A stretch of 64,000 nt of DNA from Eledone cirrhosa (lineage: Eukaryota), in the NCBI GenBank assembly GCA_964016885.1, contig OZ024744.1, forward strand, positions 115,382,001 to 115,446,000. The letters run 5' to 3'. Both the position numbers and the translations under genes were made by a program. Of this stretch, positions 27,501-41,600 are shown piece by piece (positions within the stretch are counted from its first letter, which is position 1; every line of letters begins with the position of its first letter). The notes below the pieces were generated by a model, which searched no databases, had not been told where the DNA came from, and was given only the letters and a program-made list of their open reading frames with translations.

Positions 27501-30500
27501 CCTCTACATTAACTACCCATGTCTCACTACCATGTAACATTACATCACATGTCCATTGAAACATGCTAGCTTCATTTCTCTTCAGTCTCTATATAACCTC
27601 TACATTAACTACCCATGTCTCACTACCATGTAACACTACATCAGATGTCCATTGAAACATGTTAGTTTCATTTCTCTCCAGTCTCTATATAACCTCTACA
27701 TTAACTACCAATGTCTCACTACCATGTAACATTACATTACAGGGCCATTGAAACACGCTAGCTTCATTTCTCTCCAGTCTCTATATAACCTCTACAGTAA
27801 CTACCCATGTCTCACTACCATGTAACATTACATCAGATGTCCATTGAAACATGCTAGCTTCATGTCTCTCCAGTCTCTATATAACCTCTACATTAACTAC
27901 CCATGTCTCACTACCATGTAACATTACATCAGATGTCCATTGAAACATGCTACCTTCATGTCTCTCCAGTCTATATATAACCTCTACATTAACTACCCAT
28001 GTCTCACTACCATGTAACATTACATCAGATGTCCATTGAAACATGCTAGCTTCATTTCTCTCCAGTCTCTATATAACCTCTACAGTAACTACCCATGTCT
28101 CACTACCATGTAACATTACATCACAGGGCCATTGAAACACGCTAGCTTCATTTCTCACCAGTCTCTATATAACCTCTACATTAACTACCCATGTCTCACT
28201 ACCATGTAACATTACATCAGATGTCTATTGAAACACGCTAGCTTCATTTCTCCAGTCTCTATATAACCTCTACATTAACTACCCATGTCTCACTACCATG
28301 TAACATTACATCAGATGTCTATTGAAACATGCTAGCTTCATGTCTCTCCAGTCTCTATATAACCTCTACATTAACTACCCATGTCTCACTACCATGTAAC
28401 ATTACATCAGATGTCCATTGAAACATGCTAGCTTCATTTCTCCACAGTCTCTATATAACCTCTACATTAACTACCCATGTCTCACTACCATGTAACATTA
28501 CATCAGATGTCCATTGAAACATGCTAGCTTCATGTCTCTCTCGTCTCTATATAACCTCTACATTAACTACCCATGTCTCACTACCATGTAATATTACATC
28601 ACAGGGCCATTGAAACATGCTAGCTTCATGTCTCTCCAGTCTCTATATAACCTCTACATTAACTACCCATGTCTCACTACCATGTAACATTACATCACAG
28701 GGCCATTGAAACATGCTAGCTTCATGTCTCTCCAGTCTCTATATAACCTCTACATTAACTACCCATGTCTCACTACCATGTAACACTACATCAGATGTCC
28801 ATTGAAACATGCTAGCCTCATTTCTCTCCAGTCTCTATATAACCTCTACATTAACTACCCATGTCTCACTACCATGTAACATTACATCAGATGTCCATTG
28901 AAACATGCTAGCTTCATTTCTCTCCAGTCTCTATATAACCTCTACATTAACTACCCATGACTCACTACCATGTAACATTACATCAGATGTCCATTGAAAC
29001 ATGTTAGCTTCATTTCTCTCAAGTCTCTATATAACCTCTACATTAACTACCCATGTCTCACTATCATGTAACATTACATCAGATGTCCATTGAAACATGC
29101 TAGCTTCATGTCTCTCCAGTCTCTATATAACCTCTACATTAACTACCCATGTCTCACTACCATGTAACATTACATCAAATGTCCATTGAAACATGTTAGC
29201 TTCATTTCTCTCCAGTCTCTATATAACCTCTACATTAACTACCCATGTCTCACTACCATGTAACATTACATCACATGTCCATTCAAACATGCTAGCTTCA
29301 TTTCTCTTCAGTCTCTATATAACCTCTACATTAACTACCCATGTCTCACTACCATGTAACACTACATCAGATGTCCATTGAAACATGTTAGTTTCATTTC
29401 TCTCCAGTCTCTATATAACCTCTACATTAACTACCAATGTCTCACTACCATGTAACATTACATTACAGGGCCGTTGAAACACGCTAGCTTCATTTCTCTC
29501 CAGTCTCTATATAACCTCTACAGTAACTACCCATGTCTCACTACCATGTAACATTACATCAGATGTCCATTGAAACATGCTAGCTTCATGTCTCTCCAGT
29601 CTCTATATAACCTCTACATTAACTACCCATGTCTCACTACCATGTAACATTACATCAGATGTCCATTGAAACATGCTAGCTTCATGTCTCTCCAGTCTAT
29701 ATATAACCTCTACATTAACTACCCATGTCTCACTACCATGTAACATTACATCAGATGTCCATTGAAACATGCTAGCTTCATTTCTCTCCAGTCTCTATAT
29801 AACCTCTACAGTAACTACCCATGTCACACTACCATGTAACATTACATCACAGGGCCATTAAAACACGCTAGCTTCATGTCTCTCCAGTCTCTATATAACC
29901 TCTACATTAACTACCCATGTCTCACTACCATGTAACATTACATCAGATGTCTATTGAAACACGCTAGCTTCATTTCTCCAGTCTCTATATAACCTCTACA
30001 TTAACTACCCATGTCTCACTACCATGTAACATTACATCAGATGTCTATTGAAACATGCTAGCTTCATGTCTCTCCAGTCTCTATATAACCTCTACATTAA
30101 CTACCCATGTCTCACTACCATGTAACATTACATCAGATGTCCATTGAAACATGCTAGCTTCATTTCTCTCCAGTCTCTATATAACCTCTACAGTAACTAC
30201 CCATGTCTCACTACCATGTAACATTACATCACAGGGCCATTGAAACACGCTAGCTTCATTTCTCACCACTCTCTATATAACCTCTACATTAACTACCCAT
30301 GTCTCACTACCATGTAACATTACATCAGATGTCTATTGAAACATGCTAGCTTCATGTCTCTCCAGTCTCTATATAACCTCTACATTAACTACCCATGTCT
30401 CACTACCATGTAACATTACATCAGATGTCCATTGAAACATGCTAGCTTCATTTCTCTCCAGTCTCTATATAACCTCTACATTAACTACCCATGTCTCACT

Positions 30501-33420
30501 ACCATGTAACACTACATCGGATGACCATGTAACATGCTAGCTTCATGTCTCTCCAGTCTCTATATAACCTCTACATTAACTACCCATGTCTCACTACCAT
30601 GTAACACTACATCAGATGTCCATTGAAACATGCTAGCCTCATTTCTCTCCAGTCTCTATATAACCTCTACATTAACTACCCACGTCTCACTACCATGTAA
30701 CATTACATCAGATGTCCATTGAAACATGCTAGCTTCATTTCTCTCCAGTCTCTATATAACCTCTACATTAACTACCCATGACTCACTACCATGTAACATT
30801 ACATCAGATGTCCATTGAAACATGTTAGCTTCATTTCTCTCAAGTCTCTATATAACCTCTACATTAACTACCCATGTCTCACTATCATGTAACATTACAT
30901 CAGATGTCCATTGAAACATGCTAGCTTCATGTCTCTCCAGTCTCTATATAACCTCTACATTAACTACCCATGTCTCACTACCATGTAACACTAAATCAGA
31001 TGTCCATTGAAACATGCTAGCTTCATTTCTCTCCAGTCTCTATATAACCTCTACATTAACTACCCATGTCTCACTACCATGTAACACTACATCAGATGTC
31101 CATTGAAACATGCTAGCTTCATTTCTCTCCAGTCTCTATATAACCTCTATATTAACTACCCATGTCTCACTACCATGTAACACTACATCGGATGACCATG
31201 TAACATGCTAGCTTCATTTCTCTCCGTCTTTATATAACCTCTACATTAACTAACCATGTCTTACTACCATGTAACATTACATCAGATGTCCATTGAAACA
31301 TGCTAGCTTCATGTCTCTCCAGTCTCTATATAACCTCTACATTAACTACCCATGTCTCACTACCATGTAACATTACATCAGATGTCCATTGAAACATAGT
31401 AGCTTCATTTCTCACCAGTCTCTATATAACCTCTACATTAACTACCCATGTCTCACTTCCATGTAACATTACATCACAGGGCCATTGAAACATGTTAGCT
31501 TCATTTCTCTCCAGTCTCTATATAACCTCTACATTAACTACCCATGTCTCACTACCATGTAACATTACATCACATGTCCATTGAAACATGCTAGCTTCAT
31601 TTCTCTTCAGTCTCTATATAACCTCTACATTAACTACCCATGTCTCACTACCATGTAACACTACATCAGATGTCCATTGAAACATGTTAGTTTCATTTCT
31701 CTCCAGTCTCTATATAACCTCTACATTAACTACCAATGTCTCACTACCATGTAACATTACATTACAGGGCCATTGAAACACGCTAGCTTCATTTCTCTCC
31801 AGTCTCTATATAACCTCTACAGTAACTACCCATGTCTCACTACCATGTAACATTACATCAGATGTCCATTGAAACATGCTAGCTTCATGTCTCTCCAGTC
31901 TCTATATAACCTCTACATTAACTACCCATGTCTCACTACCATGTAACATTACATCAGATGTCCATTGAAACATGCTAGCTTCATGTCTCTCCAGTCTCTA
32001 TATAACCTCTACATTAACTACCCATGTCTCACTACCATGTAACATTACATCAGATGTCCATTGAAACATGCTAGCTTCATTTCTCTCCAGTTTCTATATA
32101 ACCTCTACAGTAACTACCCATGTCTCACTACCATGTAACATTACATCACAGGGCCATTGAAACACGCTAGCTTCATTTCTCACCAGTCTCTATATAACCT
32201 CTACATTAACTACCCATGTCTCACTACCATGTAACATTACATCACAGGGCCATTGAAACATGCTAGCTTCATGTCTCTCCAGTCTCTATATAACCTATAC
32301 ATTAACTACCCATGTCTCACTACCATGTAACATTACATCAGATGTCTATTGAAACACGCTAGCTTCATTTCTCCAGTCTCTATATAACCTCTACATTAAC
32401 TACCCATGTCTCACTACCATGTAACATTACATCAGATGTCTATTGAAACATGCTAGCTTCATGTCTCTCCAGTCTCTATATAACCTCTACATTAACTACC
32501 CATGTCTCACTACCATGTAACATTACATCAGATGTCCATTGAAACATGCTAGCTTCATTTCTCCACAGTCTCTATATAACCTCTACATTAACTACCCATG
32601 CCTCACTACCATGTAACATTACATCAGATGTCCATTGAAACATGCTAGCTTCATGTCTCTCTCGTCTCTATATAACCTCTACATTAACTACCCATGTCTC
32701 ACTACCATGTAATATTACATCACAGGGCCATTGAAACATGCTAGCTTCATGTCTCTCCAGTCTCTATATAACCTCTACATTAACTACCCATGTCTCACTA
32801 CCATGTAACATTACATCACAGGGCCATTGAAACATGCTAGCTTCATTTCTCTCCAATCTCTATATAACCTCTACATTAACTACCCATGTCTCACTACCAT
32901 GTAACAATACATCACAGGGCCATTGAAACATGTTAGCTTCATTTCTCTCCAGTCTCTCTATAACCTCTACATTAACTACCCATGTCTCACTACCATGTAA
33001 CATTACGTTACAGGTCCATTGAAACATGCTAGCTTCATTTCTCTCCAGTCTCTATATAACCTCTACATTAACTACCCATGTCTCTCTACCATGTAACATT
33101 ACATCACATGTCCATTGAAACAGGCTAGCTTCATTTCTCTCCAGTCTCTATATAACCTCTACAGTAACTACCCATGTCTCACTACCATGTAACATTACAT
33201 AAGATGTCCATTGAAACATGCTAGCTTCATATCTCTCCAGTCTCTATATAACCTCTACATTAACTACCCATATCTCACTACCATGTTACATTACATTAAA
33301 TGTCCATTGAAACATGCTAGCTTCATTTCTCTCCAGTCTCTATATAACCTCTATATTAACTACACATGTCTCACTCCCATGTAACATTACATCAGGTGTC
33401 CATTGAAACATGCTAGCTTC
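21535..33420. repeat. Tandem near-identical 5943-bp (62-mer) duplication, junction near 27480
   Basis: ORFs 23250/29193, catgcctc 26657/32600, gttacag 27064/33007 and acatgtctcactccc 27421/33364 are all offset by 5943 bp. Confidence 0.92.
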
Positions 33421-35640
33421 ATGTCTCTCTCGTCTCTATATAACCTCTACATTAACTACCCATGTCTCACTACCATGTAATATTACATCAGATGTCCACT
33501 GACACATGCTAGCTTCATTTCTCTCCAGTCTCTATATAACCTCTACATTAACTACTCATGTCTCACTACCATGTAACATTACATAAGATGTCCATTGAAA
33601 CATGCTAGCTTCATGTCTCTCTCGTCTCTATATAACCTCTACATTAACTACCCATGTCTCACTACCATGTAATATTACATCAGATGTCCACTGACACATG
33701 CTAGCTTCATTTCTCTTCAGTCTCTATATAACCTCTACATTAACTACCCATGTCTCACTACCATGTAACACTACATCAGATGTCCATTGAAACATGTTAG
33801 TTTCATTTCTCTCCAGTCTCTATATAACCTCTACATTAACTACCAATGTCTCACTACCATGTAACATTACATTACAGGGCCATTGAAACACGCTAGCTTC
33901 ATTTCTCTCCAGTCTCTATATAACCTCTACAGTAACTACCCATGTCTCACTACCATGTAACATTACATCAGATGTCCATTGAAACATGCTAGCTTCATGT
34001 CTCTCCAGTCTCTATATAACCTCTACATTAACTACCCATGTCTCACTACCATGTAACATTACATCAGATGTCCATTGAAACATGCTAGCTTCATGTCTCT
34101 CCAGTCTCTATATAACCTCTACATTAACTACCCATGTCTCACTACCATGTAACATTACATCAGATGTCCATTGAAACATGCTAGCTTCATTTCTCTCCAG
34201 TTTCTATATAACCTCTACAGTAACTACCCATGTCTCACTACCATGTAACATTACATCACAGGGCCATTGAAACACGCTAGCTTCATTTCTCACCAGTCTC
34301 TATATAACCTCTACATTAACTACCCATGTCTCACTACCATGTAACATTACATCACAGGGCCATTGAAACATGCTAGCTTCATGTCTCTCCAGTCTCTATA
34401 TAACCTATACATTAACTACCCATGTCTCACTACCATGTAACATTACATCAGATGTCTATTGAAACACGCTAGCTTCATTTCTCCAGTCTCTATATAACCT
34501 CTACATTAACTACCCATGTCTCACTACCATGTAACATTACATCAGATGTCTATTGAAACATGCTAGCTTCATGTCTCTCCAGTCTCTATATAACCTCTAC
34601 ATTAACTACCCATGTCTCACTACCATGTAACATTACATCAGATGTCCATTGAAACATGCTAGCTTCATTTCTCCACAGTCTCTATATAACCTCTACATTA
34701 ACTACCCATGCCTCACTACCATGTAACATTACATCAGATGTCCATTGAAACATGCTAGCTTCATGTCTCTCTCGTCTCTATATAACCTCTACATTAACTA
34801 CCCATGTCTCACTACCATGTAATATTACATCACAGGGCCATTGAAACATGCTAGCTTCATGTCTCTCCAGTCTCTATATAACCTCTACATTAACTACCCA
34901 TGTCTCACTACCATGTAACATTACATCACAGGGCCATTGAAACATGCTAGCTTCATTTCTCTCCAATCTCTATATAACCTCTACATTAACTACCCATGTC
35001 TCACTACCATGTAACAATACATCACAGGGCCATTGAAACATGTTAGCTTCATTTCTCTCCAGTCTCTCTATAACCTCTACATTAACTACCCATGTCTCAC
35101 TACCATGTAACATTACGTTACAGGTCCATTGAAACATGCTAGCTTCATTTCTCTCCAGTCTCTATATAACCTCTACATTAACTACCCATGTCTCTCTACC
35201 ATGTAACATTACATCACATGTCCATTGAAACAGGCTAGCTTCATTTCTCTCCAGTCTCTATATAACCTCTACAGTAACTACCCATGTCTCACTACCATGT
35301 AACATTACATAAGATGTCCATTGAAACATGCTAGCTTCATATCTCTCCAGTCTCTATATAACCTCTACATTAACTACCCATATCTCACTACCATGTTACA
35401 TTACATTAAATGTCCATTGAAACATGCTAGCTTCATTTCTCTCCAGTCTCTATATAACCTCTATATTAACTACACATGTCTCACTCCCATGTAACATTAC
35501 ATCAGATGTCCATTGAAACATGCTAGCTTCATGTCTCTCTCGTCTCTATATAACCTCTACATTAACTACCCATGTCTCACTACCATGTAATATTACATCA
35601 GATGTCCACTGACACATGCTAGCTTCATTTCTCTCCAGTC
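31600..35640. repeat. 2110-bp (22-mer) duplication nested at the end of the 62-mer block
   Basis: catgcctc 32600/34710, gttacag 33007/35117 and cagtttct near 32090/34200. Confidence 0.88.
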
Positions 35641-38600
35641 TCTATATAACCTCTACATTAACTACCCATGTCTCACTACCATGTAACATTACATCACAGG
35701 GCCATTGAAACATGTTAGCTTCATTTCTCTCCAGTCTCTCTATAAACTCTACATTAACTACCCATGTCTCACTACCATGTAACACTACATCAGATGTCCA
35801 TTGAAACATGCTAGCTTCATGTCTCTCCAGTCTCCATATAACCTCTACATTAACTACCCATGTCTCACTACCATGTAACACTACATCAGATGTCCATTGA
35901 AACATGCTAGCTTCACTTCTCTCCAGTCTCTATATAACCTCTACATTAACTACCATGTCTCACTACCATGTAACATTACATCAGATGTCCATTGAAACAT
36001 GTTAGCTTCATTTCTCGCCGTCTTTATATAACCTCTACATTAACTAACCATGTCTCACTACCATGTAACATTACATCAGATGTCCATTGAAACATGCTAG
36101 CTTCATGTCTCTCCAGTCTCTATATAACCTCTACATTAACTACCCATGTCTCACTACCATGTAACATTACATCAGATGTCCATTGAAACATAGTAGCTTC
36201 ATTTCTCACCAGTCTCTATATAACCTCTACATTAACTACCCATGTCTCACTACCATGTAACACTACATCGGATGACCATGTAACATGCTAGATTCATGTC
36301 TCTCCAGTCTCTATATAACCTCTACATTAACTACCCATGTCTCACTACCATGTAACACTACATCAGATGTCCATTGAAACATGATAGCCTCATTTCTCTC
36401 CAGTCTCTATATAACCTCTACATTAACTACCCATGTCTCACTACCATGTAACATTAAATCAGATGTCCATTGAAACATGCTAGCTTCATTTCTCTCCAGT
36501 CTCTATATAACCTCTACATTAACTACCCATGTCTCACTACCATGTAACACTACATCGGATGACCATGTAACATGCTAGATTCATGTCTCTCCAGTCTCTA
36601 TATAACCTCTACATTAACTACCCATGTCTCACTACCATGTAACACTACATCAGATGTCCATTGAAACATGCTAGCCTCATTTCTCTCCAGTCTCTATATA
36701 ACCTCTACATTAACTACCCATGTCTCACTACCATGTAACATTACATCAGATGTCCATTGAAACATGCTAGCTTCATTTCTCTCCAGTCTCTATATAACCT
36801 CTACATTAACTACCCATGACTCACTACCATGTAACATTACATCAGATGTCCATTGAAACATGTTAGCTTCATTTCTCTCAAGTCTCTATATAGCCTCTAC
36901 ATTAACTACCCATGTCTCACTATCATGTAACATTACATCGGATGACCATGTAACATGCTAGATTCATGTCTCTCCAGTCTCTATATAACCTCTACATTAA
37001 CTACCCATGTCTCACTACCATGTAACATTACATCAGATGTCCATTGAAACATAGTAGCTTCATTTCTCACCAGTCTCTATATAACCTCTACATTAACTAC
37101 CCATGTCTCACTTCCATGTAACATTACATCAGATGTCCATTGAAACATGCTAGCTTCATTTCTCTCCAGTCTCTATATAACCTCTATATTAACTACCCAT
37201 GTCTCACTACCATGTAACACTACATCGGATGACCATGTAACATGCTAGCTTCATTTCTCTCCAGTCTCTATATAACCTCTATATTAACTACCCATGTCTC
37301 ACTACCATGTAACACTACATCAGATGTCCATTGAAACATGCTAGCTTCATTTCTCTCCAATCTCTATATAACCTATACATTAACTACCCATGTCTCACTA
37401 CCATGTAACATTACATCAGATGTCCATTGAAACATACTAGCTTCATGTCTCTCCAGTCTCTATATAACCTCTACGTTAACTACCATGTCTCACTACCATG
37501 TAACATTACATCAGGTGTCCATTGAAACATGTTAGCTTCATTTCTCTCCGTCTTTATATAACCTCTACATTAACTAACCATGTCTCACTACCATGTAACA
37601 TTACATCAGATGTCCATTGAAACATGCTAGCCTCATGTCTCTCCAGTCTCTATATAACCTCTACATTAACTACCCATGTCTCACTACCATGTAACATTAC
37701 ATCAGATGTCCATTGAAACATAGTAGCTTCATTTCTCACCAGTCTCTATATAACCTCTACATTAACTACCCATGTCTCACTTCCATGTAACATTACATCA
37801 CAGGGCCATTGAAACATGTTAGCTTCATTTCTCTCCAGGCTCTATATAACCTCTACATTAACTACCCATGTCTCACTACCATGTAACATTACATCACATG
37901 TCCATTGAAACATGCTAGCTTCATTTCTCTTCAGTCTCTATATAAATTCTACATTAACTACCCATGTCTCACTACCATGTAACACTACATCAGATGTCCA
38001 TTGAAACATGTTAGTTTCATTTCTCGCCAGTCTCTATATAACCTCTACATTAACTACCCATGTCTCACTACCATGTAACACTACATCAGATGTCCATTGA
38101 AACATGTTAGTTTCATTTCTCTCCAGTCTCTATATAACCTCTACATTAACTACCAATGTCTCACTACCATGTAACATTACATTACAGGGCCATTGAAACA
38201 CGCTAGCTTCATTTCTCTCCAGTCTCTATATAACCTCTACAGTAACTACCCATGTCTCACTACCATGTAACATTACATCAGATGTCCATTGAAACATGCT
38301 AGCTTCATGTCTCTCCAGTCTCTATATAACCTCTACATTAACTACCCATGTCTCACTACCATGTAACATTACATCAGATGTCCATTGAAACATGCTAGCT
38401 TCATTTCTCTCCAGTCTCTATATAACCTCTACAGTAACTACCCATGTCTCACTACCATGTAACATTACATCACAGGGCCATTGAAACACGCTAGCTTCAT
38501 TTCTCACCAGTCTCTATATAACCTCTACATTAACTACCCATGTCTCACTACCATGTAACATTACATCACAGGGCCATTGAAACATGCTAGCTTCATGTCT

Positions 38601-41600
38601 CTCCAGTCTCTATATAACCTCTACATTAACTACCCATGTCTCACTACCATGTAACATTACATCAGATGTCTATTGAAACATGCTAGCTTCATGTCTCTCC
38701 AGTCTCTATATAACCTCTACATTAACTACCCATGTCTCACTACCATGTAACATTACATCAGATGTCCATTGAAACATGCTAGCTTCATGTCTCTCTCGTC
38801 TCTATATAACCTCTACATTAACTACCCATGTCTCACTACCATGTAATATTACATCACAGGGACATTGAAACATGCTAGCTTCATGTCTCTCCAGTCTCTA
38901 TATAACCTCTACATTAACTACCCATGTCTCACTACCATGTAACACTACATCAGATGTCCATTGAAACATGCTAGCTTCATGTCTCTCCAGTCTCTATATA
39001 ACCTCTACATTAACTACCCATGTCTCACTACCATGTAACACTACATCAGATGTCCATTGAAACATGCTAGCTTCATGTCTCTCCAGTCTCTATATAACCT
39101 CTACATTAACTACCCATGTCTCACTACCATGTAACATTACATCACAGGGCCATTGAAACACGCTAGCTTCATTTCTCACCAGTCTCTATATAACCTCTAC
39201 ATTAACTACCCATGTCTCACTACCATGTAACATTACATCACAGGGCCATTGAAACATGCTAGCTTCATGTCTCTCCAGTCTCTATATAACCTATACATTA
39301 ACTACCCATGTCTCACTACCATGTAACATTACATCAGATGTCTATTGAAACACGCTAGCTTCATTTCTCCAGTCTCTATATAACCTCTACATTAACTACC
39401 CATGTCTCACTACCATGTAACATTACATCAGATGTCTATTGAAACATGCTAGCTTCATGTCTCTCCAGTCTCTATATAACCTCTACATTAACTACCCATG
39501 TCTCACTACCATGTAACATTACATCAGATGTCCATTGAAACATGCTAGCTTCATTTCTCCACAGTCTCTATATAACCTCTACATTAACTACCCATGCCTC
39601 ACTACCATGTAACATTACATCAGATGTCCATTGAAACATGCTAGCTTCATGTCTCTCTCGTCTCTATATAACCTCTACATTAACTACCCATGTCTCACTA
39701 CCATGTAATATTACATCACAGGGCCATTTAAACATGCTAGCTTCATGTCTCTCCAGTCTCTATATAACCTCTACATTAACTACCCATGTCTCACTACCAT
39801 GTAACATTACATCACAGGGCCATTGAAACATGCTAGCTTCATTTCTCTCCAATCTCTATATAACCTCTACATTAACTACCCATGTCTCACTACCATGTAA
39901 CAATACATCACAGGGCCATTGAAACATGTTAGCTTCATTTCTCTCCAGTCTCTCTATAACCTCTACATTAACTACCCATGTCTCACTACCATGTAACATT
40001 ACGTTACAGGTCCATTGAAACATGCTAGCTTCATTTCTCTCCAGTCTCTATATAACCTCTACATTAACTACCCATGTCTCTCTACCATGTAACATTACAT
40101 CACATGTCCATTGAAACAGGCTAGCTTCATTTCTCTCCAGTCTCTATATAACCTCTACAGTAACTACCCATGTCTCACTACCATGTAACATTACATAAGA
40201 TGTCCATTGAAACATGCTAGCTTCATATCTCTCCAGTCTTTATATAACCTCTACATTAACTACCCATATCTCACTACCATGTTACATTACATTAAATGTC
40301 CATTGAAACATGCTAGCTTCATTTCTCTCCAGTCTCTATATAACCTCTATATTAACTACACATGTCTCACTACCATGTAACATTACATCAGATGTCCATT
40401 GAAACATGCTAGCTTCATGTCTCTCTCGTCTCTATATAACCTCTACATTAACTACCCATGTCTCACTACCATGTAATATTACATCAGATGTCCATTGACA
40501 CATGCTAGCTTCATTTCTCTCCAGTCTCTATATAACCTCTACATTAACTACTCATGTCTCACTACCATGTTACATTACATAAGATGTCCATTGAAACATG
40601 CTAGCTTCATGTCTCTCTCGTCTCTATGTAACCTCTACATTAACTACCCATGTCTCACTACCATGTAATATTACATCACAGGGCCATTGAAACATGCTAG
40701 CTTCATGTCTCTCCAGTCCCTATATAACCTCTACATTAACTACCCATGTCTCACTACCATGTAACATTACATCACAGGGCCATTGAAACATGCTAGCTTC
40801 ATTTCTCTCTGATCTCTATATAACCTCTACATTAACTACCCATGTCTCACTACCATGTAACATTACATCACAGGGCCATTGAAACATGTTAGCTTCATTT
40901 CTCTCCAGTCTCTCTATAAACTCTACATTAACTACCCATGTCTCACTACCATGTAACACTACATCAGATGTCCATTGAAACATGCTAGCTTCATGTCTCT
41001 CCAGTCTCTATATAACCTCTACATTAACTACCCATTCTCACTACCATGTAACACTACATCAGATGTCCATTGAAACATGCTAGCTTCATGTCTCTCCAGT
41101 CTCTATATAACCTCTACATTAACTACCCATGTCTCACTACCATGTAACATTACATCACAGGGCCATTGAAACACGCTAGCTTCATTTCTCACCAGTCTCT
41201 ATATAACCTCTACATTAACTACCCATGTCTCACTACCATGTAACATTACATCACAGGGCCATTGAAACATGCTAGCTTCATGTCTCTCCAGTCTCTATAT
41301 AACCTATACATTAACTACCCATGTCTCACTACCATGTAACATTACATCAGATGTCTATTGAAACACGCTAGCTTCATTTCACCAGTCTCTATATAACCTC
41401 TACATTAACTACCCATGTCTCACTACCATGTAACATTACATCAGATGTCTATTGAAACATGCTAGCTTCATGTCTCTCCAGTCTCTATATAACCTCTACA
41501 TTAACTACCCATGTCTCACTACCATGTAACATTACATCAGATGTCCATTGAAACATGCTAGCTTCATTTCTCCACAGTCTCTATATAACCTCTACATTAA

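Noticed and set aside
93-35905. Minus-strand ORFs as functional RT or repeat-protein genes
   Set aside because: They contain only 2-3 copies of a 32-aa fragment with no RT catalytic or endonuclease motifs. Most monomers have an in-frame TAG and frameshifts are common.
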